From contig NC_057711.1 in the NCBI RefSeq assembly GCF_004010195.1, forward strand, positions 74,158,870 through 74,222,869: a stretch of 64,000 nucleotides of DNA. The letters are read 5' to 3'. The DNA is from Chiloscyllium plagiosum (lineage: Eukaryota). Made by a program: the position numbers and the translations under genes. The notes beneath the pieces are model-generated. The model saw only the letters and a program-made list of their open reading frames with translations, was not told the DNA's origin and ran no database searches. This document shows, in pieces, positions 47,996 to 60,777 of this stretch (positions are counted from its first letter, which is position 1; the number at the start of each line of letters is the position of its first letter).

Positions 47996-50483
47996 CTAAT
48001 AATAAAATATCATTTGCATTTACAAGTTACCTAGTTTGCATGGCCACAAAAAAAATATAATTAATTAATGAAAGTGTTTTATATCTAGTCAGTTTCACCT
48101 TTTTCAGTCTCTGTACATGCAATGCAAATATTACCTTTAAGTCCTGCAAGTCTCCTGATGATGTGTATGAGCATTATCGTAGCATTCTGTGATAGCTGCC
48201 CATTCCTAGGGGGATATTCCTTCTCTCGGGTGTGTTGTTCCAAAGGTGAGTGTTGCCATGGCAACTTTGTGCTGGTCTATTTCAGTTGTTAGCGAACAGC
48301 AGATTTATGAGGATGATGGTTCTTCAGTATACTATGCATCTTCCTGTGTAGCTGCCTGCAGTGAAGGCAGAGCTTCTTAAGTTGTATTGCAAATGTCTGC
48401 AGTTGTGACAATATGTTCGCCAAATGGAAGCTAGGTGGCACCTACTCATCACAACTTCCAATTTGCTAATTGGGTTGACTCTTGTTAAGAGCATTAAACA
48501 TTTGCATTCTCCCAAGCTCAGCTTTGGCAATGACTTGGTAGATTTATCAAACTGAAATTTGGCTTTCTGTCATTGCACCTTGATTTTGTTATTCATATAT
48601 GCAACTACTTCTCGCCTTAGTAGTTTTGTTTGCTGTTGGAAGAACAATGTGGGTAAAACATGATATTTGCCTTTGGACTGGTCTACTTTGCATGTCTTCA
48701 GAAAGTATATTTCTCTACTCAAGGATTAACTCATACAAATGTGTACTTAATATCTTTATGATACATTTGGCAATTTTCACTGCTGCCCGCAGCCTTTCCA
48801 TTTGACTGGGAACAGTGTGGAGACAATGTGTCATGTTGAATTTCCCAATCCTTATGAAAGGCCTGAATTATTCAATTATTAAATTGCTTGTCAGACATCC
48901 ACTACTTCTTGGTGAGTGGGGATTTGCTCCTCTTAAACATTGGTAAGATGGAAGCTATTGTCTTCTGTTCCTGCTCCTAACTCTGTTCTCTTGCTACTGA
49001 TTCTAATCCCTCTTCCTGGCAACATTTAAAGATTAAACCAGTTTACTCACAAACTTGGTTGATCCTAAGATGAGCTTCTGACATTGTATTCAGGCAATCA
49101 GTAGGACCACCTATTTCCATCTCTGTACATTGTTGATTTGCATTGTTGACTTCACCTGTCTGAATTCATCATCTTCGTTGCCTTGAGATTTGACTATTCC
49201 AACACATTCCTAGCTCATCTCCTAAAGATTGATCACCTTGTCTGAGTGTAACTGTTCTCATTATCTGTTTAAGGATAGTGACATTATTTTCTCATTTATT
49301 TTTGTCTCTAAATAACACATTTGTCCTACCAGTAAAGATTTGAGATCAATGTATCATTCTTGTAAGCTTTGGACTAACTATTGTGTAAATAAATGTAAAT
49401 GCATAGTTCCAGTTATTATATTTTTGGAAAGCGTTGTGGATATTGTTGTAGGTCAAAGTTAGGGGATATAAAGGTGAACAGCATTGATCCAAAGTTAATA
49501 TGTCAATATGTAAGGTCTAACAGTAAACTCCTATGTGGCATCACAAAATGTTTTACCTATATCCCGTACTTACATCAGGAGATTTGTCTTATGTTAAATT
49601 TAGTTAATTAACATTGTTACAATGATGCAAGTTATTATCCATGTATATTTCAGGCTAGTCAAGTAGTTGCTATCATGCCCTGCTGTGATTTGTCAGTCAA
49701 TTGATTTCAAATGGGTATACAGATTGTGAATTTTTCAAAATATCACACATGTATGTGTTACAATAAAATATTATCGCACAAATCCATCATTTGCAATGTA
49801 TGCAAATTTCATTCTCACTGCTTCATTACACAGAATTTATGTTGTTCATTATTTTATTTCCCTGCTATATTTCCCTACTGAGTATAGCAATTTTTCTTTG
49901 CACTTCTGAACAAGATGTTATCAAATCATAAGTGATAAAAAAAACTCCTCATTCAGGAAGCAAATTCTGTATCCAGCAATTCCCTAGCACACATTCTTTG
50001 TTTGTTCTCTGTATATTAATGTTCTGAAATCTATATTGACAGAAAATTTCTCTATAATCAACTTCAGATTATTTCTCAATAAATCTGCAGCAATAACATG
50101 ACAACAGTAATATCCCTGAATGAATGTTGTCACATGTCATGCACATGGCTACACATTGATAGCTACACAAAGCAGGAAATCTGGATAAAAAGGTGAGGTA
50201 ACCATTCTTCATGCAAATGAAATACTATATCATGGAAAATAATATTGATACCAGAAAGTAATTTAATGGCAAAAATCTAATTGCAATGTGTCTAATGACA
50301 GTTATGAACCAAATTATCATTGTAGAATAAAAGTTAATATTAACAAACAATAAACACAGAAAAAAGTCCTTTGATTCATCATGTCTACACCAGTCAAAAC
50401 AACCACCTAACGTTCTATTCCCATTTTCCACTACATGGTCCATGGCCACCTATGCCTTGACAATTCAAAGTTATATCTAAGAA

Positions 50484-50927
50484 CAGCAAACATTTTATTA
50501 ACCAACATCAAGGGACCTGAAAAGTACTGGTTGATCAAACTTGCTAGTTGGCCAAGAGATCCACATAAACAATGTAAACACTAATTAATATAGACGTAAT
50601 GCAGGAGATATGTTATACTTTATTTACAACATAAATCTCTAAACTAATAATGCAACTTTGCCTGAAATAAAACCTGACAATCACCTGATGAAAGAGCAGT
50701 GCTCCGAAAACTAGTGCTTCCAAAAAAACCTGTTGGACTATAACCTGGTGTTGTGTGATTTTTAACTTTGAAATAAAACCGGCAGAGTACCTTCTCACTC
50801 GCACCCTCAACTAACTTCTTGGACAATGCAGAGATTGCAATAATATAGTAAACTTCCAGTAATTCAAGTATATAACTTTTATCGAGAGTGCTGGTTCATA
50901 ATATGCCAGTTTAAACAAAGTTTACTG
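50484..50927. mobile_element. Older Tigger-like MITE (degenerate TIRs)
   Basis: The left end CAGCAAACATTTTATTAACCAACA resembles the reverse complement of the right end, CAGTAAACTTTGTTTAAACTGGCA. TA follows at the right end. Confidence 0.5.
50675..50768 (+). mobile_element. Single-arm family-B hammerhead insert
   Basis: The core cacCTGATGAaagagcagtgctccGAAAactagtg starts at 50685. The 12-bp TSD tgaaataaaacc is at 50663-50674 and 50769-50780. Confidence 0.78.
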
Positions 50928-53333
50928 TACTGCTGAAATGTTATGAGATTTTTCACCTACATCACCCTCACAGGCAGTGAGTTTCAGATTCCCACCGTCC
51001 TCTGGGTGAAAACATTTCCCCTCACCTTCCCTGACCATTGCTGCCCTCCTTAAATCGAAGCCCCTTGGTCATTAATTCCTCCAGCAAAGGGAAATGTTCC
51101 TTCCTGTAGACCGTTTCTGTGCCCCTCCTTATTTTACACATCTCAAAGATGCCCCCTCAGTCTTTACTGATCACAATCTCCACTAATAAACTGAATACAA
51201 AAGATAAATGTCTATTTGACATCAGTGTTGTAAGGAGCATTGGCTAATTTTCAGGCTAGTTTAATTTTGACACTGTTTCTCTGTGTGATTGGGATGCAAT
51301 TAAAGTGTTCACAAACACACACATATGTACATGCAGGAAATTAATAAAGAAACATTATATCAATGCTGCAAGTTGTTGTGTCATCATTGATTCAATGGTT
51401 CAAACATCTGAGTGAGAAGTTTATATGTTTAATCCCATTCTAAGACATAAGCAAATAGTTTTGGTTGATATCTCAGAGCAGTACTAGAGAAGTAGTATTG
51501 TATTACCAATTTTATGAGATCTTAAACTGATTCCTCATTCATTTGCATTGGTCCATATTAAATGTTGCAAGTACTGTTCAATGCAGACTGGGAGAACTTT
51601 TATTGATATTCTGGCCAACACTTATGCTTCAACCTACCATTTCGAGAAGAAGAACTGATCAATCCTCTACTTTCTATTCATGGGACCTTTCTCTGAACTA
51701 AAATGGTTGCCACATCTTCTTACAATACAGCAGAAAATACATGAAAACGTTACTGTAAAGGGGTTTGAAATGTTTGAAATAATTAATATGAAATGTACTT
51801 CATATATATAATTTTTTCAATCAATTTTTCTTCACTAAACATTTTGATCAATATTTGCCTGAAATTGTTAGCTTGATGGCTGCCTCCTACATTCAAATAT
51901 TTCATTTTACTGATTTCTGAAACTATAAGTTATTCTAATTAATAATGACTAACTCATAAGGATAAAGATTAATAAATTGTACAGGATGTATTTTATCAAA
52001 ACGATCCTGTTTTTTCCCTGATTTTCTCCTCTTTATTCCTCAAGATAGCAACTATTGGCTTCAATGTCACTTTGTTGCCTCTCTCAAATGGTTACTTTCT
52101 CCTTATTCCATTGGGAGATACAAATATCAGTGAGAAACTGCAGCTTTTGTTAAAATTTCATAATAGTCATTGAGAAGGTAATGATAAGGTAACTTCTTTA
52201 AATGTGCAGTCGAGGTGGTGGAGGTACACTACAGTGCTATTATTCATGCAGAATCTTGACAATGACTGTAAGTAGGAAGTTTAGCAAACATGACATCAAA
52301 ATCAAGCTCAATCTTATACTTCCTTAACATCCAAATAAATGCACTTCTGAAATTCTGTAGGTATGATTCAGAAGCAGAAACCTGCTGATTAATCCCATCC
52401 ATAGCCCCGAGGTATTGAGGTCAACCATCTAACTCAAAGCACTCAGATTAAAAGCTCTTCATTCAACAGAAAAACTGGGATTGATTGCACTTGATGTTTT
52501 CCTGGTCCACATTATAAAATGTGATTTTTTTGGAAGTATGTTTGCTTTAAATGAACTAGAACATTTCAGTCAAGCATTTATCAAGATTCAAAGAATATAA
52601 AAAATTGCAAAGGTTCAGCTTTATCCTGACCATTTTATTTTTTGGCTATGTAAATCTTAATCAGACAATTAATTAGATGACTTGGCCATTCAGATCCTTG
52701 GCACCAAATCAAATTGCCATGGAATATGAAACTGGCAAACTCTGTTTATGCTTCCTGCTTCCATTGAATTGAACACCTGGGAAGCCTTCAAGTGATTTCG
52801 AGCTAACTCTTCCCAGAATGGAGAGGGGAAGATCTCTTAATCCTCTATGTGAATAATGCCATTTCAGAATCATCACTTAGCAACCTCTGTGCTCAACTCT
52901 ACGTTCCTATTAACCTGGAGGGGGATTTGTGTAATAGTATTTACTTTACGAAATGCCGAAAATCAGTTATTCCCAGCAAATTAATGCTGCAGAATGTTGC
53001 CAATATATATGCATAAATACACACACATATATAAATTCTCAGATGGTTTAAAAGGATTTTACTACACAACTTGCATAATTAGTTGACTTCTTACTTTAAT
53101 TGAAATTAAGCTTTTGGTTTCTTATACACATTGCCAGATGGTAAAGAATACAATATTTTTACTTGTGAAGGAGGGTGCAAATGCATTCACATTAACAAGA
53201 TTACTGTATTTTCTCTCCTCCACACTCCGTCCTCCCTGATAACTGTTAAGAGTTCTTTTTTAGCTGATTATTGTAAATCTTCCACAACATGAAACAGTAA
53301 TCCAGTATCAATGAATATAGGTTTTCCACTTTT

Positions 53334-53621
53334 GATTAGATTAGATTACTTACAGTGTGGAAACAGGCCCTTCGGCCCAACAAGTCCACACCGACCCGCA
53401 ACCCACCCATTCCCATACATTTACCCCTTTACCTAACACTACGGGCAATTTAGCATAGCCAATTCACCTGATGTGCACATCTTTGGACTGTGGGAGGAAA
53501 CCCATGCAGACACGGGGAGAATGTGCAAACTCCACACAGTCAGTCACCTGAGTCGGGAATTGAACCCGGGTCTCTGGCGCTGTGAGGCAGCAGTGCTAAT
53601 CACTGTGCCACCGTGCCGCCC
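53334..53621 (-). mobile_element. HE1-type tRNA SINE, young copy
   Basis: The reverse-complement head is GGGCGGCACGGTGGCACAGTGATTAGCACTGCTGCCTCACAGCGCCAGAGACCCGGGTTCAATTCCCG, and the tail is gtaatctaatctaatc. Confidence 0.88.
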
Positions 53622-54231
53622 GTGCTAGGAGCAATACAGAGGAAGAGTTAACATTTTGTGTTTGGGGAGGTTCACTCTGCATGTGGATGTCCTACAGGCA
53701 TCCAACAGCTGATCTGAAAGTTTAAAATCAACTTTATATTTCTCATCATTTTAATATACTTATACTTTTATGAAACTGTTACAGACTACTAGATTGAAAC
53801 ATCTGCAGTGTTATTTAGAGACAGCTTTCTCTGGTATTGAAAATGGAGAGGGATAACAAATCCTGGGCTTTGTCAACAGTAATTATCCAGTAGATATTGC
53901 TGTTATGAATACTGAATTTATTTTGCAGCTTGAAGCAAAAGTAAGTTATGATGTATGCAAATACTTTTTACCAAGATAATAATATGGTCGAAATAAAATG
54001 GCCTTCTTCTGAGAGAGAGAAAAAAAGTTTAATGATTTAGTTAAGCCATTTTAAAAAAAATCTACTGAGGCCTTTTAGAGTTTTTCTTTTTAAAGATGGA
54101 GATAAATAGACTTAGACTTGCTATGTATTCAAACCTCAAACTTTTCAGTTTGCTGTTTGTCTGAAGTTTATTTACTTTTTTTTTTGTATATTTACTTCCT
54201 GATCATTTATGACATAAAATAACCTTTGTTT

Positions 54232-55426
54232 TGGATGTAGGTTTGCTCACTGAGCTGAAAGGTTCATTTCCAGATGTTTCATTACCTTACTAGGAACACC
54301 TTCAGTGGACCTCATGCGAAGCAATGCTGAAAATTCCTGCTTTCTATTTATATGTTTGGGCGTCTTTGAGTAGGTGATGTCAGTTCCTGTGGTGATGTTA
54401 TTTCCTGTGGTGAAGTCACTTCCTGTTCCTTTTCTCAGGGGGTGGTAGATGGGGTCTAACTCAATGTGTTTGTTGATAGAGTTCCGGTTGGAATGCCATG
54501 CTTCTAGGAATTCTCGTGCATGTCTTTACTTGGCTTGTCCAAGGATTGATGTATTGTCCCAGTCGAAGTGGTGTCCATCCTCATCTGTATGTGAGGATAC
54601 TAGTGAGAAAGGGTCATGTCTTTTTGTGGCTAGTTGGTGTTCATGTATCCTGGTGGCTAGTTGTCTGCCTGTTTGTCCGATGTAGTGTTTGTTACAGCCA
54701 TTCCACGGTATTTTGTAAATGACATTAGTTTGCTCATTGTCTGTATAGCATTTTCAAGTTCATTAGCTGCTGCTTTCATGTGTTGCCGGGTTTGTGGGCT
54801 ACCATGATGCCAAATGGTCTGAGTAGACCACCAACACACTAAAACAACAGCGAATGAACTTGAAAGTCCCTATACAGACAATGAGCAAAACTAATGTCAT
54901 TTACAAAATACCGTGCAAGGACTGTAACAAACACTATATCGGAAAAACAGGCAGACAACTAGCCACCAGGATACATGAACACCAATTAGCCACAAAAAGA
55001 CATGACCCTCTCTCACTAGTATCCTCACATACAGATGAGGATGGACACCACTTTGACTGGGACAATACATCCAACCTAGGACAAGCCAAACAAAGACATG
55101 CACAAGAATTCCTGGAAGCATGGCATTCCAACCGGAACTCTACCAACAAACACATCGAGTTAGACCCCATCTATCACCCCCTGAGAAAAGGAACAGGATG
55201 TGACTTCACCACAGGAAATAACATCACCACAGGAAATTCCATCACCAACCCAAAAAAACCCAAACATATAAATAGAAAGCAGGAATTTTCAGCATTGCTT
55301 CGCTTGAGGTCCACTGAAGATGTTATCTAGTAAGGTAATGAGACGTCTGGAAATGAACCTTTCAGCTCAGCGAGCAAATCTACATCCAAAACCTCAACCT
55401 GAGCTACAAATCTTTTCAAAACTCAC
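54232..55426. mobile_element. Poseidon-type PLE inserted as a ~1.2-kb inverted pair
   Basis: The + arm ORF reads NVIYKIPCKDCNKHYIGKTGRQLATRIHEHQ, and a mirror copy lies on the minus arm. Hammerhead-like cores are at about 55311-55350 (+) and 54270-54309 (-). The 14-bp TSD aataacctttgttt is at 54218-54231 and 55427-55440. Confidence 0.9.
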
Positions 55427-56651
55427 AATAACCTTTGTTTATCAAAATGAGGAATGCCCACAACAGGAAAACAATACTTTCCCCCCCCATTTAATTACCT
55501 CAACGTGGCATTTTCTGTTTACTATATATGGAAAAAATGTGAGGTGAGATACCTTTCATCATTAAAGGTTTGGCTCATAGAGAGCCTTATGTTATATGAG
55601 TTAGGAGATCATGGGTTTAAGGTCCACAGGAGCACGTAATAGAGTCATGGAGACATCCAGCATGGAAACAGTCCCTTTGGTCCAACTCATCCATGCCGAC
55701 CAATGTTCTAAAGGAGTATTATATTAGAGTTAGAGTTCAAGGAGCATGGTTTTTGAATGGCATGTTAAACCAACTCTGCTTACTGAGGTGAATGCAAATG
55801 ATCTAATGGTACAGCACCATTCACTGAGGAGTACTGAAGTTCCCCTCATGGTCAAAATATATCCTAATGCTTATTAGTGTTAACTGTAATTCAGTTGATA
55901 GCTCTGAGAGTCACATCCAGATTCAAATTCCCTCCAGGGCTTGAATACAAATATCAAGTTTGACTCTTGTGCAGTACAGAGGGTTTCATGCTGGAGCTTT
56001 TGCCTTTTGATAAGTGTTGAAACTGAGGCCCACCTTCTTCATTGGGTGACTGTAAACAATTCCATGGCACATTTTGAAGAAGATGAAGAAGAACATTTTG
56101 TTATCCCTGGTCACTTGACCAATATTTATTATTTTAATAACAACCACATAACCAGATTATCTGATCATTATCATGCTACTGTTTGAAAGTTTTATGTGTT
56201 GGACACATGTAGAAGGTCACTATGAACTTCTGACTTACAAATGCTCAAAATTATCAATATGATCCCATACAGAGATGTAATTTTAAAGATTCTTGCATAT
56301 GACTGTTCCCTGTGCATAAGAATGGCTATCTTATATCATGCAGCATTGTGTTCCACTTTGCATACAAAAATCAATTTATGCATGGACTCTGGAATGGAAT
56401 CTGTTTGCAACCCACTGACCGGGCTGTATTTGCTGCTCTATTTCCTACATTTACAAATGTCTGCACTTCAAAAAGTAACTCATTGACTATAAAATGTTTA
56501 GAAACATCTAGTGGTCATACAAAGTATCATACAATTTTCTTTTCTTATTCGTGAGCATTGCTATTGTATTTTCATTAGTGGGAGCTTGTTGTGTCTAAAT
56601 TGGTGACTACATATCCTACATTACAGCAATGACTACTTTTCAAAAGTACCT

Positions 56652-56949
56652 ATCATAGAATCCCTACAGTGTGGAAACAGGCCATTTGGATCATCAAGTC
56701 CATACCAACCCTCTGAAAAGCTTTCCACCCAGGCCTGCCTTCTACTCTATAATACTGTATTTCCCATGGTCAATCCACCCAATCTGCACATCTTTGGACT
56801 GTGGGAGGAAATCTGAGCACCTGAGGAAATAATCTATACAGACATCTGGAGAATGTGTAAATTTCACACAGACAGTCATGCCAGGGTGGAATTGAAATCA
56901 GATCCCTGGCACTGGGAGGCAGCAGTGCTAACCACTGAAACTACCATGC
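56652..56949 (-). mobile_element. HE1-type SINE, diverged
   Basis: It has the same head and tail motifs as 53334-53621. Confidence 0.8.
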
Positions 56950-57254
56950 CTGTTATTTAAGCTCTATAGAATCATGGTGGCAATATAAAAATCTGAAAAT
57001 TGGATGCAGCACTTTTAGGGCCAGGAATTTGTGGCAAAAGTTCTGTCTTAATATTTTGGCTAACATTTACAATTTTAAGTCCCAGAAATCCCAGAAATGT
57101 GGAAGTATGCCAGGACCATTGTCATTTCAATTTCTTTCTTTTACTCCCAGGCTCTAGTATCTCACATTTATTCATCCTAATTTGGTTGTGGCACCTGTGT
57201 GTCTGGCTGTAAAGCGTATTTGTACCCTCTTAAAGTCTTTTGCGTTCCTTTGAA

Positions 57255-57470
57255 GGTTGGTTAATTCAGTTGCCCAATCAGCTAGTTTGTAATGCAGAGT
57301 AATCCCAACAGCATGGGTTCAATTCCTGCATCATCTGACATACCATGAAGGATTCACATTCATATCCTCTTCCCTTGTCTGAGGTGTGATGACCCCCAAG
57401 CTAAACCAACACCAGTCATCTCTCACTAATGAGAGTGCAGCTCCATAGGACAATGGTGACTTTACCTTTT
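57255..57470 (+). mobile_element. Third tRNA-like SINE relic
   Basis: It has a B-box-like GGGTTCAATTCC near 57315 and ends in gactttaccttttttt. Confidence 0.4.
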
Positions 57471-58567
57471 TTTTTAATCCATTTACCAAACTCCATTTTA
57501 GATTGCTAGCAAAGTTCAAGGTGTTCTCTGTATTCAAGCTCAAAATTGATAATACAGGAAAAATTGTGCAGAATGGCATAAAAACATTCCTTAGAGGAGG
57601 GGTAAGAAGGTGTGGTGCATGAAATATTAATTTAAACATTAATGAACATATATCTATATTTTGGACTTTTTTGGATGTAACAATCTTCAAAGGATATTGA
57701 CTGAAGAAGAGTCATACTTCACACAAAACACTAACTCTATTTCTTTCTCCACAGATGCAGCCAAACCTGCAGAGCCTCTTTAGCATACTGTGTTTGTCTT
57801 TATCTCTGCTATGTCCACAGGGATTGGCAGCAAGTCAGAACAGGAATAAGACAAAAAATACTGCAGTTCACTAAGGGTGTGCACATTGTTGTTTATTTCA
57901 AATTGCTACCAAAAATCTCATAAAATAATCCAAGTTTAAATGCTATAATCAGTGACTGTCTTTACCAAACTGGGTTATTCAAACTTACTCAGCTGTTGCT
58001 GCAATTAAATCAGAAGTAGACTGTGGTGGACTGATGTTGGATTTCATACTTTAAACAAGTTAATCCCTAACTGCCTTCCATTTGTTTTCATGGGGTTAAA
58101 ATTCTCACATTGCTGTAGTTTTCTTCGATACCTGAACTTTTCAACAAGCTTTTCATGAGACTTATTATCAAACACCTTTGAAAATTGATAGACACTACAT
58201 AATTGCATTCCTTTATCTGTAGAATAAGTCAATTCTTCAAATAAAATTTATCAAATGCACCTTGTCAGAAACATGTGCTGTCTTTGATTCATCCATGCAT
58301 TTCTAAATGCTCATTAATTTTACATAAAATTATGAATTTTAAGATTTACCTACAACTGATTTTAGATGTAACTGCTTTATAGTCTCCTGCTTCATATGTC
58401 TTTCTTGAACAAGCGTATTACGTTGGCTGCTCTCCATCTCACCACATCATTTAAATGTTTTATGAGTGCTGAAAAGAAATGAAGCCAGAGGCTCTGCTAC
58501 CTGTCCGATGATGTCTTTTTTTAATGGTTTTGAATGAACGGCCTGAAAAGGTGGGCATTTATATTTT

Positions 58568-58848
58568 GCGGTGGCATGGTGGCTCAGTGATTAGTGATGC
58601 TGCTTCACAGCGTCAGGGACCCAGCTCTGATTCCACCCTTGGGCGACAGTCTGTGTCGATGTGCTGCAGTTTCCTCCCACAGTCCAAAGATGTGCAGGTT
58701 TAGGTGGTTTGGTCATGTTAAATTGCCTATGGTGTCCAGGGATGTGCGGGCTTGGTGGATTAGCCATAGGAATTCAGGGTTAGGCAGTGGGTCTGAGTAG
58801 GATGCTCTTCAGAAAGTCGAGGTGCACTGACATTGTAGGGATTTTATG
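58568..58848 (+). mobile_element. HE1-type SINE, diverged
   Basis: It reads gcggtggcatggtggctcagtgattagtgatgctgcttcacagcgtcagggaccc...tcccacagtccaaagatgtgcagg. Confidence 0.8.
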
Positions 58849-59659
58849 GTGATATATCTGCATGTGCGAAAGGGTGCAGCTGGAAGAACAAGAGAGTGGG
58901 ACTATTTGAATACCTCAGTCATTAGACACAAGAGGCTGAATGGCCTATTGTGCTGCAAGGTTCTTTGGTCTCAATTCTAATTTGGGGTGAGTGTATTATT
59001 CATCTTGAATGCAGTTGGGTTGGGGGAGGGGTTAAAATCTTGAAATATGAAATCCCAGCTTCAATGCCAATTGAAAATACACGAACAGTAGTGATTTAGC
59101 ATCTGGTTGAGACTCCTGCTGAAAGCTGGTGGAATCCTATTTAGGATGCAGAAGACATGGTCTAATGATACCATTGGTACTGTGATTGAACCTAAATGCC
59201 AAAGTAGGACAGTTGCCATGGTGCATGGAGCAGCTATCTGGGCAGAAGAGGCCACTGTAGGTGATCAACATTTCTTTTGCTTTGAACTCATTGTGAACCT
59301 GAAGAAGCAAGCTTACTTCCCCTCGGCCCCTCAGAGAAACATTGGGCTGAATCTTACATTTTTTTGGCTACGTTTGAGATGCATTGACTTTTTTTGGATA
59401 GTTCATTGCCATGAGGCCTGGTGGATTCTTTGACCATATTTTACGAAACGTGTCTCATTATTTACTTACCCTACCCTATGGTATCTTTCACGTATAATTT
59501 CTGCCCTGACCTAGCATGGACTGCTCCTGGTCTAGTGGATATCCCAGAGTTAACCAATACCTCATGGGCCTGCACCATTTTTAAGCACAGCTGGATAAGC
59601 ATCATCAGTCTAGAGCTACTTTGCATAGTTGCTGATATTTTTTCCTGACATAGCAGCTC

Positions 59660-59860
59660 AGCACTCACTTCATTCTCCAGGCAGTGACCTGGAGGTCCAG
59701 CTGGACAGGGTAGTGCCAGTGAGGGACTTCCTCTTCCCCCAACAGTGGAGTTCACAGCACCAGTTTGGCCTAAGGTTACCACCCAGGTTAAAGTGCCCTC
59801 AGCAGTCTCGGGTAATGCCCAGCAGTGTAGAAAGAAGGTCAATGTCCTTCTCCCCAATGC
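59660..59860 (+). pseudogene. Decayed Myb/SANT-like (PIF/Harbinger accessory-type) coding remnant
   Basis: Across a frameshift it reads SDLEVQLDRVVPVRDFLFP...VWPKVTTQV...AQQCRKKVNVLL, resembling the trihelix W..V...V...QCRKKxNDL signature. Confidence 0.45.
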
Positions 59861-60777
59861 AAGTCTAAGTTTCAGAATTTTCTCTCCAATACCTCACGCA
59901 CACTCTGTCTGAGCTACCAAGGCTCATGGGCTACAACCCTCACTATTGCCTGCAACAGCTTCTCTACCCAGCTGAACTCCAAACTTCACAAACCACGCCC
60001 TATGTGCTGCCTACTCACTCAGGACACTTGCCCAACTACACCACCAGCAGTAGCAATGCCATCCAGATTCATCTTCTGCCGCTCATCTCATGAGGAAGAA
60101 CAGTCGTTAATAGGACAGATGCTGTGCTGCCTGTTATTCAGCTTCCCATCCATTACAAGGATAGAATCCTGGCTCTGACCACCCCAGATAACTGGAGGCT
60201 GTCCTTCACTTAACAGGCTGGAACCCTCTGAGTGAAGAGTATCTCCCTTGACTTGACTGAGATTTGCTGGCCACTATAACAAGCTTTCTGTCTTTGTGTC
60301 TGTGTTAAACATCAACAGAGCAGTATTAGAAGTCTTATATGTTTGGCGGAGAGGTCAAAGCTCAATAAAGCAGGGGAAAGCAATGCAAAGCAGAAATGCT
60401 GTGAGTTTCCAGGTTTGCTGAATGAGTGATGTCAATGAGAGAAAGCAAAGAGTGTTGCAACAGTTTTGCAATGATAGTTGCTGGTGCAACCTGCCAGGCA
60501 GCATTGAAGTGCAGAAGCATCCTTGTAAGTGGATCGGAGATATGCCATGAGGGTTGGTAAAGGCTGGTAGAGGTTGGCTAGATTCAAAAAACCTCAGCAT
60601 CCCCAGCTACAACCTCCTGTAACCTGCCAAATACCTATTCCAATTTGTTTGGCTTTTTGAATTTGGCCGAGCATTTGATGGGACTTTGGGATATGTTAAT
60701 TTTTGGGGGGTTTTACATTTTTAGAGAATCTTGCCTCCCCATATCTCTCCCACCCCTCCTCAGACTTGGGTGTGCTG

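Larger units (their letters stand above)
50360..51180 (-). mobile_element. CR1 3' fragment hosting a MITE and a hammerhead element
   Basis: CR1 reverse-strand 3' motifs flank 50484-50927 on both sides. Confidence 0.6.

Noticed and set aside
53540..53621. tRNA gene
   Set aside because: The tRNA-like head continues into a SINE body and LINE-type tail and recurs about six times, so it is a SINE.
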